DNA of 49,200 nucleotides from an uncultured Anaerolineaceae bacterium (GTDB taxonomy: Bacteria > Chloroflexota > Limnocylindria > Limnocylindrales > CSP1-4). The notes below the pieces were generated by a model. It ran no database searches and had not been told where the DNA came from. It saw only the letters and a list, made by a program, of their open reading frames with translations. This document shows positions 1 through 9,430 of this stretch, one piece after another. The translations under genes and the position numbers were made by a program. How positions within the stretch are numbered: position 1 is the stretch's first letter; each line of letters begins with the position of its first letter. The stretch is taken from assembly GCA_964393345.1 (NCBI GenBank), contig CAYMTJ010000004.1, positions 7,503 to 56,702 on the forward strand, given 5' to 3'.

Positions 1-207
1 GCGGTGATGGCCGGCGAATCCGGGCGATCGCGAGCGGACGCGGCCGCGGAGACCATGTGGGCCGTTCGGGATCGCTACGCGGATGACTTCCCCCTGCCGC
101 CGGACCGCATCGCGGCGATCCTCGAGGATCTCGGCGATCGTCTCGGCGCGATCTACGAGGCCGAGGTCGACGCGCTCGAGGTGACCGCACGGGCCATCAG
201 TCGATGA
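1..207 (+). CDS. C-terminal fragment of a protein truncated by the window edge; possibly BtrH/DUF4872-like
   Basis: The frame is open from base 1 to TGA at 205-207. The helical end (FPLPPDRIAAILEDLGDRLGAIYEAEVDAL) resembles DUF4872 C-termini from memory only. Confidence 0.4.
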   Translation, partial: AVMAGESGRSRADAAAETMWAVRDRYADDFPLPPDRIAAILEDLGDRLGAIYEAEVDALEVTARAISR

Positions 208-307
208 GACCCTCGCCGGGCCCGGTGGACGCCGGGGCGGCGTCGGCGGCGACGCGCCATGATCGAGACACCGTCGTGCGCGCGTCACGGCCGCTACGAT
301 GGCGCGC

Positions 308-1561
308 GTGACGTCCCCGCCCGACCGGGCCCCCGATGCCTCCTATCGCGGCCTGCTCGACGTCCCCAAGCTCGGGCGGATCATCGTCTCGATGCAGATC
401 TCGCGGATCGCGGGGTCCATGGTCAGCGTCGCGCTGGTGCTGTTCGTGCTTGCGGAATACGACTCGCCGGTCCTTGCCGGGATCGTGACGTTCGCCAGCG
501 TCTTCCCGGGGCTGCTCGTCTCGCCGATCGCCGGCGCGCTGCTCGATCGGCACGGGCGGACGCGGCTGATCATCCTCGACTACCTGGTGGCGCTGGCGGC
601 GCTCGTCCTGATCGGTCTGCTGGCCCTCGCCGATGCCCTGCCCGCTCCGGTCCTCGTGGCGATCGCCACCGTCTCGTCGCTGACAGCGATCCTGAGCCAC
701 ACGGGGATGCGCAGCCTGTTCCCGATCCTCGTCCCGCGCCACCTCTGGGAACGGATCAACGCGGTCGACTCGAACGGGTACGTGGGGGCGACGATCCTGG
801 GCCCGCCGATCGCCGCGGCCCTCGTCACGCTCTTCGGCGGCCCGGTGGCGCTGCTGGTGATCGGCCTGGCGTACGGGGCGGCCGCCGTCGCGCTCCTGGG
901 GGCGCCGGATCCGGCGAGCCTGAGCGCGTCGACCGGGAACCTGCTGCGCGACGCGTGGGCCGGCGTCCGCTACACCTGGTCCAATCGGACCCTGCGTGGT
1001 CTCGGGTTCTCCGTCTCCACGCAGAACATCGGCGGCGGGATGCTGACGATCCTCATCCCGCTCATCGTCCTCGAGCGGCTCGGGTCGAGTGAGGCCGTCG
1101 TCGGGCTGGTGTTCGCGGTCAGCGGCGTGAGCGGCATGGTGTCCGCGTTCTGGTTCGGCCGGATCGACACGCGCGATCGAGAGTGGGCGATGCTCGTGGG
1201 CGCGCTGTTCACGAGCGGGCCGGCGCTCGCGCTCCTGCTGGTCGCGGCGGGGACGGTCGATGTCGGCGTCGGCCTGCTCGCGACCGCCTCGTCCATGGCG
1301 CTCTTCGGCTTCCTCCAGGGCCCGCTCGACATCGCCCTCTTCACCGTCCGGCAGCGGCGGACCGATCCGGCCTGGATGGGTCGCGCGTTCGCGGTGTCGA
1401 TGGCCTTCAACTTCCTCGGCTTCCCGATCGGGGCCGCGCTGGCCGGGTTCCTGGCGGCGTCCTCGATCGAGACGTCGATCAGCGTGGGGGTCGCCACCGC
1501 GTTCGTGGCCGCCGGGCTGGCCGCGGCGATGATCCCGAGGCAGGAGCCGGCGACGACCTAG
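308..1561 (+). CDS. MFS transporter (about 12 TM, H+ antiporter/macrolide-efflux-like)
   Basis: Motif A-like GALLDRHGRTR, many hydrophobic helices and a DPAWMGRAFA motif. GTG308 chosen because TACGAT (295-300) lies 7 nt upstream; ATG299 is the alternative. Confidence 0.85.
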   Translation: MTSPPDRAPDASYRGLLDVPKLGRIIVSMQISRIAGSMVSVALVLFVLAEYDSPVLAGIVTFASVFPGLLVSPIAGALLDRHGRTRLIILDYLVALAALVLIGLLALADALPAPVLVAIATVSSLTAILSHTGMRSLFPILVPRHLWERINAVDSNGYVGATILGPPIAAALVTLFGGPVALLVIGLAYGAAAVALLGAPDPASLSASTGNLLRDAWAGVRYTWSNRTLRGLGFSVSTQNIGGGMLTILIPLIVLERLGSSEAVVGLVFAVSGVSGMVSAFWFGRIDTRDREWAMLVGALFTSGPALALLLVAAGTVDVGVGLLATASSMALFGFLQGPLDIALFTVRQRRTDPAWMGRAFAVSMAFNFLGFPIGAALAGFLAASSIETSISVGVATAFVAAGLAAAMIPRQEPATT

Positions 1562-1662
1562 TCTCGTCGGGGGCCGCGTCGGGTATCGTTGCGCGACATC
1601 GAGTCGTCGTTCTGGCACGGACCCGCGCCAGTCCTGCGCCCACCCCCCGCCCGGGAGGAGCC

Positions 1663-3402
1663 ATGGACCACGAGCCCGTTCTGATCTCCACCATCGCGCT
1701 TGGCCTGGTCGCGGCGTTCGTGGGCGGGCTCCTCGCGCAACGGCTCGGGCTCCCGGCCATCGTGGGCTACATCGCGGCGGGCGTCGCCATCGGGCCGTTC
1801 ACGCCAGGCTTCGTCGCGGACGCGGCCCTGGCCCAGGAGCTGGCCGAGATCGGCGTGATCCTGCTGATGTTCGGCGTGGGGATCCACTTCTCCATCCGGG
1901 ACCTCCTTGCCGTCAAGGGCATCGCGATCCCGGGCGCCGTCGGCCAGACGCTGCTCGCGACCCTCCTCGGCGTGGGCCTGGGCAACCTCCTGGGCTGGGG
2001 GATCGGGGCCGGGATCGTCCTCGGCCTGGCGGTATCCGTGGCGAGCACGGTCGTGCTCCTGCGGGCGCTCGAGGATCGCGGCGAGATGGACACCCCGCAG
2101 GCGCGCATCGCGATCGGCTGGCTCATCGTGGAGGACATCTTCACCGTGATCGTCCTGGTCCTGCTGCCGGCGATCGCCCCGCTTTTGGGCGGCACGGCGC
2201 CGGCGGACGCTGCTGGTCTCGGTCCGGCCGGCGAGGTCGCGGTCGCGGTCGGGAAAGCCGCGATCTTCGCGGTCGTGATGGTCGTCGCGGGGGCACGACT
2301 CGTCCCGAAGCTCCTCGAACTCGTCGCCCGCCACGGGACCCGCGAGCTGTTCACGCTCGCGGTCCTGGCCCTCGCCCTGGGGATCGCGTTCGTCGCGTCG
2401 TCGGTCTTCGGCGTCTCCTTCGCGCTCGGCGCCTTCCTCGCCGGCGCCGTGGTCGCCCAGTCCGACATGAGCCATCAGGCCGCCGCGGATGCCTTGCCGC
2501 TCCGCGACGCCTTCGCGGTCCTGTTCTTCGTGTCGATCGGGATGCTGGTCGACCCCGGGTTCCTCGTGACGCACCCGCTCCCGATCCTGGCCATCGTCGC
2601 GATCATCGTGCTCGCCAAGTTCGTGGCGAAGGCGGTCTTCGTGACGGCGCTCGGCTTTCCGATCCGCATCGGACTGACCGTGGGCGCCGGGCTCGCCCAG
2701 ATCGGCGAGTTCTCGTTCATCCTCGGCACGGTCGCCCGATCCCTGGGCATCCTGCCCGAGGAAGGGTTCCAGTACATCGTCGCGGGGTCGCTCATCTCGA
2801 TCGCGGTCAACCCGTTCCTGCTCCGCGCGGTCGAGCCGCTCGACCAGAGGCTGCGGGCCGACCGGACGATCCAGCGCGTGATGGACCGGCGAGCCGGCGA
2901 CCTCGGGCGCCTCGAGTCACCGCCCGATGACGAGCCTCTCCGCGGGCACGCCATCCTGTGCGGATACGGCCGCGTCGGCCGGATGATCGGCCCGGCGCTC
3001 GAGCGACGCGGCTTCCGCTATGTCGTCATCTCGCTCCAGCGCCAGGAGGTGGAGCATCTCCGGGCGCGGGGCATCCACGCCGTGTACGGCGACGCGTCGC
3101 TGATCGGCACGCTCGAGCGGGCGTCCATCGCGACGGCCCGCCTCGTCATCGTGGCGAGCTCCGATCCGCAGGCCACGCGCCTGATCGTGGAGCGGGCCCG
3201 TGACCAGAACCCGGCGGTCGACTTCGTCGTCCGCACGCACAGCGACATCGAAGCCGCCCATCTGCGGGCGGCATCGACCAAGCTCCAGGCGATCCATGGG
3301 GAGCGCGAACTCGCCGTCCAGATGGCGCGCTATGCCCTCCGTCGGTTCGGGGTCCCGGCCACCGAGGCCGAGGCGATCGCGCAGGGCCTGCGGCGCGCCT
3401 GA
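1663..3402 (+). CDS. Monovalent cation:proton antiporter-2 (CPA2, YbaL/KefC-like) with C-terminal TrkA-N (RCK) domain
   Basis: LAEIGVILLMFGVG, ASTVV, LIVEDI, GAFLAG, AQIGEFSF and the Rossmann motif CGYGRVG. RBS GGAGGAG at 1654-1660 precedes ATG1663; the ORF-track start at 1183 is an artefactual extension. Confidence 0.9.
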   Translation: MDHEPVLISTIALGLVAAFVGGLLAQRLGLPAIVGYIAAGVAIGPFTPGFVADAALAQELAEIGVILLMFGVGIHFSIRDLLAVKGIAIPGAVGQTLLATLLGVGLGNLLGWGIGAGIVLGLAVSVASTVVLLRALEDRGEMDTPQARIAIGWLIVEDIFTVIVLVLLPAIAPLLGGTAPADAAGLGPAGEVAVAVGKAAIFAVVMVVAGARLVPKLLELVARHGTRELFTLAVLALALGIAFVASSVFGVSFALGAFLAGAVVAQSDMSHQAAADALPLRDAFAVLFFVSIGMLVDPGFLVTHPLPILAIVAIIVLAKFVAKAVFVTALGFPIRIGLTVGAGLAQIGEFSFILGTVARSLGILPEEGFQYIVAGSLISIAVNPFLLRAVEPLDQRLRADRTIQRVMDRRAGDLGRLESPPDDEPLRGHAILCGYGRVGRMIGPALERRGFRYVVISLQRQEVEHLRARGIHAVYGDASLIGTLERASIATARLVIVASSDPQATRLIVERARDQNPAVDFVVRTHSDIEAAHLRAASTKLQAIHGERELAVQMARYALRRFGVPATEAEAIAQGLRRA

Positions 3403-3414
3403 GGGCCGTGCGGG

Positions 3415-5283
3415 TCAGGGTTCGGGCGACGGCTCCGGGGCGGAGGTGCCCTTGCCGACGAGCGTCACGCCGGTGATCCGCGAGTAGTTCGAGTAGTACG
3501 TATCGGTGTGGATGACCTTGCCGTTCCGGTCGCGGACGGTCCGCGTGACCCACACCTGCTTGCCGTCGACCGGATACTCGATCCGCTGGCGGACGCCGGG
3601 CCGCAGCGACGACGTGTACTGGACCGTGTCCGACGCGCGCCGGATGTTCCGAACGATCGGCTTGCTGAACGATACCTTCCGGCCGCTCGGCACGGAGTAG
3701 ATCTCGAACTTGACGTATCCCGCGCTCCCGTCGCGGATCTGGTAGCCGCGGATCAGCACCGGATAGTCCGTGTCGTTGGTGAACGACATCGACTGCTTGG
3801 CGCCCGAGCCGCTGATGAAGACCGTCGCGTCGAGGCCGAGCGGATAGCGATCGATGTAGTAGTAGTGATTCCGTCGGGCGCCCATGTCGAAGCCCGCGCG
3901 GAGCGCCGCGTTGAAGAGCGTCGTGGAGCACGAGCAGATCCCGCCGGCGAGCGCGCCCTGGGGTTCGGTCTTGCCGTTGATGATCGCGCCACCCTGGCGA
4001 TAGCCCTTCTCGCGGGTGACGGGCCCGACCGCATCCCAGAAGTCGAACTTGGCGCGCGGCGCGACGACGTAGCCATCGATGATCTTGGCGGGGATCCAGA
4101 TGTTGGCGCCGAACCCGTTCTTCTCGGAGATCGGGAAGTACGTCGTCCAGCTCGAGATCCGCTTCATCTTCGACCGGGCCGCCTTCGCCTCGGCGGTCGT
4201 GAGGGCGGGTTCGGTCGTGTTCACGACGGGCAGCACCGACGCGATGCGCGTGCCCGCCGCCCGCTGCGTCAGCAGCGACTCGATGCGCGCCATCGTGGCG
4301 TCGATGTCGACGGCGCGGCCTTCCTGGCTGGGCACGACCTTGCTGATCTCGCTGCCCGCGGTGTCGTAGGTGGCGTCCACGGCCTTGCGGTCGATCTTCT
4401 TGACGGCGCTCTTGAGCACCTTCTCGAGGCCGATGCTGTCGAGGACCGGTCGGTACCCGCCGCTCGCGGTCGGCACGAACGCCACGAGCGGTCGGAGCTT
4501 CTCCGACGCGATCGGGAACTGATCCTTGCCGACGAGCAGGATGATGTCGCTGACCATGTTCTCGGCGCGTTCCATCGCGGTCGTCGCCTCGGCGGTGGTC
4601 AGGTCCGGTTCGTCGATCGTGACGTCGAGCGGGATCGTGACCTCGGCCGGAGCGCCGAGATCGCTCAGGGTCGCGAGCAGGATCGAGGCCGCGGGGGCCG
4701 GGTCGGCGGTCCGCCCGACCACGCCCGGGGTCATGACGAAGCGGTGGTCGTCGTCGATCGTCAACGACGCCTCCTGCGACGCACGCTCCAGGGAGCGCGC
4801 GATCGCGCCGATCCGGTCGGTGACCGCGGTGGCGTCGAGGCGGACGCGCGGCGCGAGGACGACGCCGTTGATCGCCGCGCGGGCGCTGGCGATGGTCCGT
4901 TCCGCCGGGCTGCCGACGTGACCGACGGCCAGGGCCTCGTCGACCATCGCCGCGACGTCCGGGCCACGTCCGAGGTCCTCGAAGTCGATCCGGGTATCGC
5001 CGTCGGGGCCGCTCAGGATCACGGACCCCTCACCGAGCCCGGCGAACGCCGTCTCGAGCCGGGTCGTCGCCTCGGCGGGTGTCAGCCCGGACAGATCCAC
5101 GCTGCCGACGCTGACACCGGGCAGGATCCGGCCCGCGTAGGACTGGTCGTAGGCGTACAACGCACCGGCGCCGAGCGCGGACGCCGAGATCAGGCCGACG
5201 AGGAACGCCACGACGAACCGGACCCGGATCGACGGGCGGTGCGGCGTGGTGACGAGTTCGAGCGGCGGCGCTTGATCGGTCAT
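3415..5283 (-). CDS. VanW-family protein with N-terminal TM anchor and repeated PG_binding_4/YoaR-like domains
   Basis: ILPGVSVGSVDLSGLT start of the repeated domain. VanW core FDFWDAVGP..EKGY, GGICSCSTTLFNAALRAG, RRNH, YPLGLDATV, FTNDT. G5-like C-terminal segment. Confidence 0.85.
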   Translation of the reverse strand: MTDQAPPLELVTTPHRPSIRVRFVVAFLVGLISASALGAGALYAYDQSYAGRILPGVSVGSVDLSGLTPAEATTRLETAFAGLGEGSVILSGPDGDTRIDFEDLGRGPDVAAMVDEALAVGHVGSPAERTIASARAAINGVVLAPRVRLDATAVTDRIGAIARSLERASQEASLTIDDDHRFVMTPGVVGRTADPAPAASILLATLSDLGAPAEVTIPLDVTIDEPDLTTAEATTAMERAENMVSDIILLVGKDQFPIASEKLRPLVAFVPTASGGYRPVLDSIGLEKVLKSAVKKIDRKAVDATYDTAGSEISKVVPSQEGRAVDIDATMARIESLLTQRAAGTRIASVLPVVNTTEPALTTAEAKAARSKMKRISSWTTYFPISEKNGFGANIWIPAKIIDGYVVAPRAKFDFWDAVGPVTREKGYRQGGAIINGKTEPQGALAGGICSCSTTLFNAALRAGFDMGARRNHYYYIDRYPLGLDATVFISGSGAKQSMSFTNDTDYPVLIRGYQIRDGSAGYVKFEIYSVPSGRKVSFSKPIVRNIRRASDTVQYTSSLRPGVRQRIEYPVDGKQVWVTRTVRDRNGKVIHTDTYYSNYSRITGVTLVGKGTSAPEPSPEP

Positions 5284-5369
5284 GAGCGGAGCGACATCCT
5301 AGCAGGCACGTTCCAGACCCCCCATGGACGCCCGGGCACGGACGCCTGCGACGGTCCCCCGGGCGTGGC

Positions 5370-6458
5370 TCAGCCTGGCTGGCGGGGGACGAGGACCACG
5401 CGTCGGTTCGGCTCCTCGCCGATCGACTGGGTGGCGACGCCCTCGTGATCACGCAGCGTGAGGTGGATCCAGCGCCGCTCGAGGGCGGGCATGGGCTCGA
5501 GCTGGAGCATCTTGCCGGTCTCGAGGACCCGCGCGGCCGCGCGCTCGGCGAGGTCCCGGAGCTGGCGCTCGCGCCGGCCGCGGTAGTCCTCCACGTCGAC
5601 GAGGACGCGGGTCCAGCTGCCCATCTTCTTGGAGAGCATCAGGTTGACCAGGTGCTGCAGCGCCGAGAGCCGCTCGCCCTTGCGGCCGATCAGGGCCCCG
5701 AGGGCCTCCCGCTCGTCGCCGTCGCCGACCACGTTGAGCCGACTGGTCTCGCCGGCGTCGACCTCGACCCGGACCTCGAACCCGAGGTGCGTCATCAGCT
5801 GCTCGAGGATCGCCTTGCCGGCGGCGAGCGCCTCGGGCGATGCCTCGGCGGCCTCCAGGTCCGCGCGCTCGGCCGCTAGCGATCCGCGCGCGGCCGCGAC
5901 CTCGGCGGCCTCGGACGCGCTCAGGCCACCGGCACCATCGCCACGCGGGGCGCGCGCGCGGTCGTCGCGGCGGGGTGGGCGGTCGTCGCGGTCACGGCGG
6001 GGTGGGCGGTCGTCGCGGTCACGGCGCGGCGGTCGGTCGTCCGAACGCGGGGGCCGATCGTCCGAACGCGGCGGGCGCTCGTCCGAGCGCGGGGCCGCGG
6101 CGCGGTCGTCGGGGCGCGGGCCACGGTCGTCGCGTCGCGGGGGGCGATCCTCGCGGAACGACGGTCGGTCGTCGTGGCGAGGACCGCGGTCATCCCGGCG
6201 AGGCGCGTCGTCGCGGTCGCGCGGGGGCGCGGGGAGCGGGGACGAGGCGGCGGCCTCGCGCTTCGGGGCGACGCCGCCGAGCGCGGAGCGCGGCGCGGCC
6301 ACGATCCGTGCCGGTTCGGCGCCCATGCCGAGGACGCCTCGGCTGCCGGGGCTCAGGACCTCGAAGTCGAGGTCGGCGAAGTCCGCACCGAAATCCTCGC
6401 GGGCGAGGCGCAGGGCCTCCTCCACGGTCTTGCCGGTGAACTCCTTGTAGGCACTCAT
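5370..6458 (-). CDS. jag: RNA-binding protein Jag/KhpB/EloR (Jag-N, KH, R3H)
   Basis: EFTGKTVEEA N-domain, KH LIGRKGERLSALQ, DVEDYR, R3H LEPMPALERRWIH, SIGEEPNRRVV. Lies directly downstream of yidC; ATG6458. Confidence 0.93.
   Translation of the reverse strand: MSAYKEFTGKTVEEALRLAREDFGADFADLDFEVLSPGSRGVLGMGAEPARIVAAPRSALGGVAPKREAAASSPLPAPPRDRDDAPRRDDRGPRHDDRPSFREDRPPRRDDRGPRPDDRAAAPRSDERPPRSDDRPPRSDDRPPRRDRDDRPPRRDRDDRPPRRDDRARAPRGDGAGGLSASEAAEVAAARGSLAAERADLEAAEASPEALAAGKAILEQLMTHLGFEVRVEVDAGETSRLNVVGDGDEREALGALIGRKGERLSALQHLVNLMLSKKMGSWTRVLVDVEDYRGRRERQLRDLAERAAARVLETGKMLQLEPMPALERRWIHLTLRDHEGVATQSIGEEPNRRVVLVPRQPG
5968..6021. repeat. Two exact 27-bp tandem copies inside the jag low-complexity linker, flanked by degenerate 21-bp units
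   Basis: CGGCGGGGTGGGCGGTCGTCGCGGTCA at 5968-5994 and 5995-6021, encoding DRDDRPPRR units. Confidence 0.85.
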
Positions 6459-6459
6459 G

Positions 6460-7626
6460 TCAGCGTCGTCTCCCTCGTCGGCCCTGGCGTCCCCGCTCAC
6501 GGTGGCGGATCGTCTTGTCGGCCGTCGACTTCTTGTCAGCGTCGGTCAGGATGGCCGCTCGCTTGCCTGGCTCTGGTGGTGGTGGCATCGCCACGGGGTA
6601 TCGCGGCGTATGGCCCGAGGCGAACGCCGGGGACCAGCCCATGAACGGGAACATCCCGCCCCAGCCCACGATCAGGTACTGCTGGACGATCGAGAACACG
6701 GTGGCGGTGATCCAGTAGATGAACAGCCCGGCCGGCAGGAAGCCACCGTAGGCGATGGAGATCAGCGGCAGGAGGAGCATCGTCTGGCGCTGGATCCGGG
6801 TATTGGGATCGTCGTTCTCTGGATCCGCGATCGGCAGCATCATCCGCGACTGGATGAGCTGGAGGATCGCCGAGACGATCGCGAGGATGCTGACCCCGAA
6901 CCCGAAGATCGCGAACAGGTAGGACGGCACGCTGACGTCCAGGTTGCCGAGGAACGGGATGATCGTGTCGATGCACGGCTTGCTGGCGTTGATGACGCCA
7001 TCGACCATGTTCTTGCAGTCGATGTGCACCAGCTCCACGCCGAAGACCGTCAGCATCGCGCGGGGATCCTGGTTGGTGAGACCGCTCTGGATGACCGAGT
7101 ACATCATGAACAGCAGCGGCATCTGGAGCAGGAGCGGGAGGCACCCGGCGAGGGGGCTGACGCCACGCTCCTTGAAGAGCTCCTGCTGCGCCAGACGCGC
7201 CTTCATGGCGTCGCCCTTATAGCGCCGCTGGATCTCCTTGATCTCGGGCTGGAGCATCTGCATCCGGCGCTGCGACACGAGCTGGCGCCGATAGAGCGGG
7301 ATCACGACCGCCCGAACGACGAGCGTCAGGGCCACGATCGCCCAGCCGATCGCCGCCGGGACGCCGAGGTTCTCCAGGAACGAGTAGACGCCGACCAGGA
7401 TGATGAACATGACCTGGAACAGCGGCGTGAAGATGAACGCCAGCAGGTCGATCGGGTTGGCGCCCGGCGACGCCGGCGCGAGCGGCGGGACCGGCGTGGG
7501 TGACGGGGTGGGTGTCGCCCCCGGTGGGAGGGACGGACTGCCGACGCAGGCGCCGAGGACGACCGCGGCGACGATCAGGAACAGCAGCGGGCCGACCGGG
7601 ATCCGCCGGACGCGGGAGCGTGTCAC
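6460..7626 (-). CDS. yidC: Membrane protein insertase YidC/Oxa1 with a probable lipoprotein signal
   Basis: GWAIVALTLVVR, MQMLQPEIKEIQRRYK, GCLPLLLQMP, PAGLFIYW, FSIVQQY. Lipobox LGAC. Canonical rpmH-rnpA-yidD-yidC-jag context. Confidence 0.95.
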   Translation of the reverse strand: MTRSRVRRIPVGPLLFLIVAAVVLGACVGSPSLPPGATPTPSPTPVPPLAPASPGANPIDLLAFIFTPLFQVMFIILVGVYSFLENLGVPAAIGWAIVALTLVVRAVVIPLYRRQLVSQRRMQMLQPEIKEIQRRYKGDAMKARLAQQELFKERGVSPLAGCLPLLLQMPLLFMMYSVIQSGLTNQDPRAMLTVFGVELVHIDCKNMVDGVINASKPCIDTIIPFLGNLDVSVPSYLFAIFGFGVSILAIVSAILQLIQSRMMLPIADPENDDPNTRIQRQTMLLLPLISIAYGGFLPAGLFIYWITATVFSIVQQYLIVGWGGMFPFMGWSPAFASGHTPRYPVAMPPPPEPGKRAAILTDADKKSTADKTIRHRERGRQGRRGRRR

Positions 7627-7641
7627 GAGCTGGGCGCCTCG

Positions 7642-7848
7642 CTAGCGGACCGGGTCATACCCGCCCGGGCTCCATGGGTGGCAGCGGGCGATCCGTTTCG
7701 CGCCCATCCAGCTGCCCTTGAACAGTCCGTACTTCTCGATCGCCTGCTCCGCGTAACGCGAGCAGGTCGGCTCGTATCGACAGCTCGGCGGCATCCACGC
7801 GAAGACGATGCGGTAGAGCTTGATCAACCCGATCCCGATCCGCTTCAC
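7642..7848 (-). CDS. yidD: Membrane protein insertion efficiency factor YidD
   Basis: [29 protein letters not shown] start overlaps the rnpA stop (GTGA). Confidence 0.95.
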   Translation of the reverse strand: MKRIGIGLIKLYRIVFAWMPPSCRYEPTCSRYAEQAIEKYGLFKGSWMGAKRIARCHPWSPGGYDPVR

Positions 7849-8180
7849 GCGTCTTGTCCTCCGAGTGCGCCGCCCTGTGTCAGGATCCGGCGCAGTGCCC
7901 CGACCAGCGCGTCCCGGTCGGCCTCGACGATCGCAGGCCGGGCGATGATGAGGACGTCCCAGCCGGGCTGGAACGAGGGCGCCATCACCCTGAGCGCCTC
8001 GCGGAGTCGGCGACGGACCCGATTCCTGACCACGGCGCCGCCGAGCTTTCGCCCGGTCGACAGCCCGAAGCGGGTCGTCTCAAGGTCGGTCCGCAGGAAG
8101 CGGGCGGTGAACATGGGGTGGGACTTGGTGGTCCCGGATCCCCCGAGCGCCGCAAACTCCTGCGGGCGAGAGAGCATCAC
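7845..8180 (-). CDS. rnpA: Ribonuclease P protein component (start uncertain: GTG8180/ATG8177, CTG8216 or ATG8372)
   Basis: [25 protein letters not shown] (RNR motif), GWDVLIIAR. Sits between rpmH and yidD. Confidence 0.92.
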   Translation of the reverse strand: MMLSRPQEFAALGGSGTTKSHPMFTARFLRTDLETTRFGLSTGRKLGGAVVRNRVRRRLREALRVMAPSFQPGWDVLIIARPAIVEADRDALVGALRRILTQGGALGGQDA

Positions 8181-8212
8181 GAGCCGCGGCGAGTACGAGC
8201 CGCGCCCGCTGA

Positions 8213-8347
8213 TCAGGCCGTCAGCTTCTTTCGACCACGCGCGCGTCGTGCGGCCAGCACACGTCGTCCCGCGGTGGTCTTCATCCGGGCACGAAAGCCG
8301 TGTTCCTTGGCGCGATGGCGCTTCTTGGGCTGATAGGTCTGCTTCAT
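8213..8347 (-). CDS. rpmH: 50S ribosomal protein L34 (44 aa, below the ORF-track cutoff)
   Basis: Manual translation: [44 protein letters not shown]. Confidence 0.97.
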   Translation of the reverse strand: MKQTYQPKKRHRAKEHGFRARMKTTAGRRVLAARRARGRKKLTA

Positions 8348-8463
8348 CGGGACAGTCCGGGATCCTCTCCATCCGGCCTCGGGGACGCGTCATCGTTCGA
8401 CCCCTGAAGGCACGCAAACGCGCCTGGCGCCCGAAAGCGCACGGCGCGTCGTCGTCGCGGCGG

Positions 8464-8493
8464 ATGATACGGCCGCCCGGAAAGGGGTGTCAA
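8464..8493 (-). promoter_or_regulatory. sigma70-type promoter of the rpmH operon
   Basis: Minus strand TTGACA (8493-8488), 18-nt spacer, TATCAT (8469-8464). Confidence 0.75.
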
Positions 8494-8528
8494 ACGGGAT
8501 CGACCCCCCTCCGGGCAGCGCGCGATCG

Positions 8529-9281
8529 TCAGGTGTACATCAGCGAACCTGGGGTCGTGAGGAGCTCACCGGTCTCGAGCCACGTCTTCAGCCCGGACAG
8601 GATCATCGGCCAGCCGCCGTACAGTTCGTCGTTGGCGCCCTCGCGGAGCTGGTCGTGGATCACCGTGAGCTGGCAGGAGTCGCCGACCGGCTCGATGAGC
8701 CAGGTGACGCGAGACGTCCCTTCGGCCTTGACGTCGTCGCTCCACAGGGCGCGCATGCTCTGGACGAGGCGGCGCGGCGGATCGACCTCGAGGTTCTCAC
8801 CCTCGGCGATCGGGACCGAGCCGCCCGCGGCGCTCGATCCATACGGCGAGCCGGCGGTCCAGTCCGACTCGATGCGGACGCCGAAGTTGTAGCGACTGCG
8901 GATCTCCGGGTCGGTGATGGCCTGCCAGAGGCGTTCGGGCGTGGTCTTGATGTAGATCTCGAACACCTTCTCCATGGGGTCCTCCAATCGGGTCTTGAGG
9001 TCACTGAGCGCGGCGGCCCAGGGCTCGGCGAACTTGCTCACCCAGCGGTCGTGGACGAGCCGGATCGGGACGGGGTTCAGGAAGTGGAGCTTCTCGCGCC
9101 CGCGCCGCCGCGTGACGACCAGCCCGGCCGCTTCCAGCAGTCGCAGGTGCTTCATGACGCCGAACCGCGACATGGCATGCTCGGCCTCGATCGAGCGGAG
9201 CGTCCGACCATCGTCGCGAAAGAGCGAATCGAGGATGGCTCGTCGTGTCGGATCGGCCAATGCCCTGAAGACCTCGTCCAT
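8529..9281 (-). CDS. ArsR/SmtB-family regulator fused to an SRPBCC (AHSA1/START-like) ligand-binding domain
   Basis: VFRALADPTRRAIL...SRFGVMKHLRLLEAAGLV...GREKLHFLN, then IYIKTTPERLWQAITDP...GWPMILSGLKTWLE. ATG9281. Confidence 0.9.
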   Translation of the reverse strand: MDEVFRALADPTRRAILDSLFRDDGRTLRSIEAEHAMSRFGVMKHLRLLEAAGLVVTRRRGREKLHFLNPVPIRLVHDRWVSKFAEPWAAALSDLKTRLEDPMEKVFEIYIKTTPERLWQAITDPEIRSRYNFGVRIESDWTAGSPYGSSAAGGSVPIAEGENLEVDPPRRLVQSMRALWSDDVKAEGTSRVTWLIEPVGDSCQLTVIHDQLREGANDELYGGWPMILSGLKTWLETGELLTTPGSLMYT

Positions 9282-9287
9282 GCGCGG

Positions 9288-9317
9288 ACTATATGTGACC
9301 ACATAGTCACATGTCAA
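9288..9317 (-). promoter_or_regulatory. Leaderless sigma70 promoter with internal palindromic operator (probable ArsR autoregulation)
   Basis: TTGACA (9317-9312), N18, TATAGT (9293-9288), N6, ATG. Perfect inverted repeat ATGTGAC-N6-GTCACAT at 9293-9312. Confidence 0.8.
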
Positions 9318-9400
9318 TCGGTCGGGCTCCAGGAGGTCGCCCCCGGCGACGCCTGATCCCTCGGACCTCGGATACTCCCCATGGGTATCGCGCGTTCGCC

Positions 9401-9430
9401 TTGCGACGGCTCCGCGGGCGGTGCTATCCT
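9401..9430 (+). promoter_or_regulatory. Putative dnaA promoter
   Basis: TTGCGA (9401-9406), N18, TATCCT (9425-9430) preceded by TGn (extended -10). Confidence 0.6.

Noticed and set aside
3415-5283. Vancomycin resistance locus
   Set aside because: VanW-domain proteins are widespread, and no vanHAX or vanRS genes are present here.
9294-9311. CRP/FNR site
   Set aside because: TGTGA and TCACA are 8 nt apart rather than 6. Its position in the promoter of an ArsR gene favours an ArsR operator.
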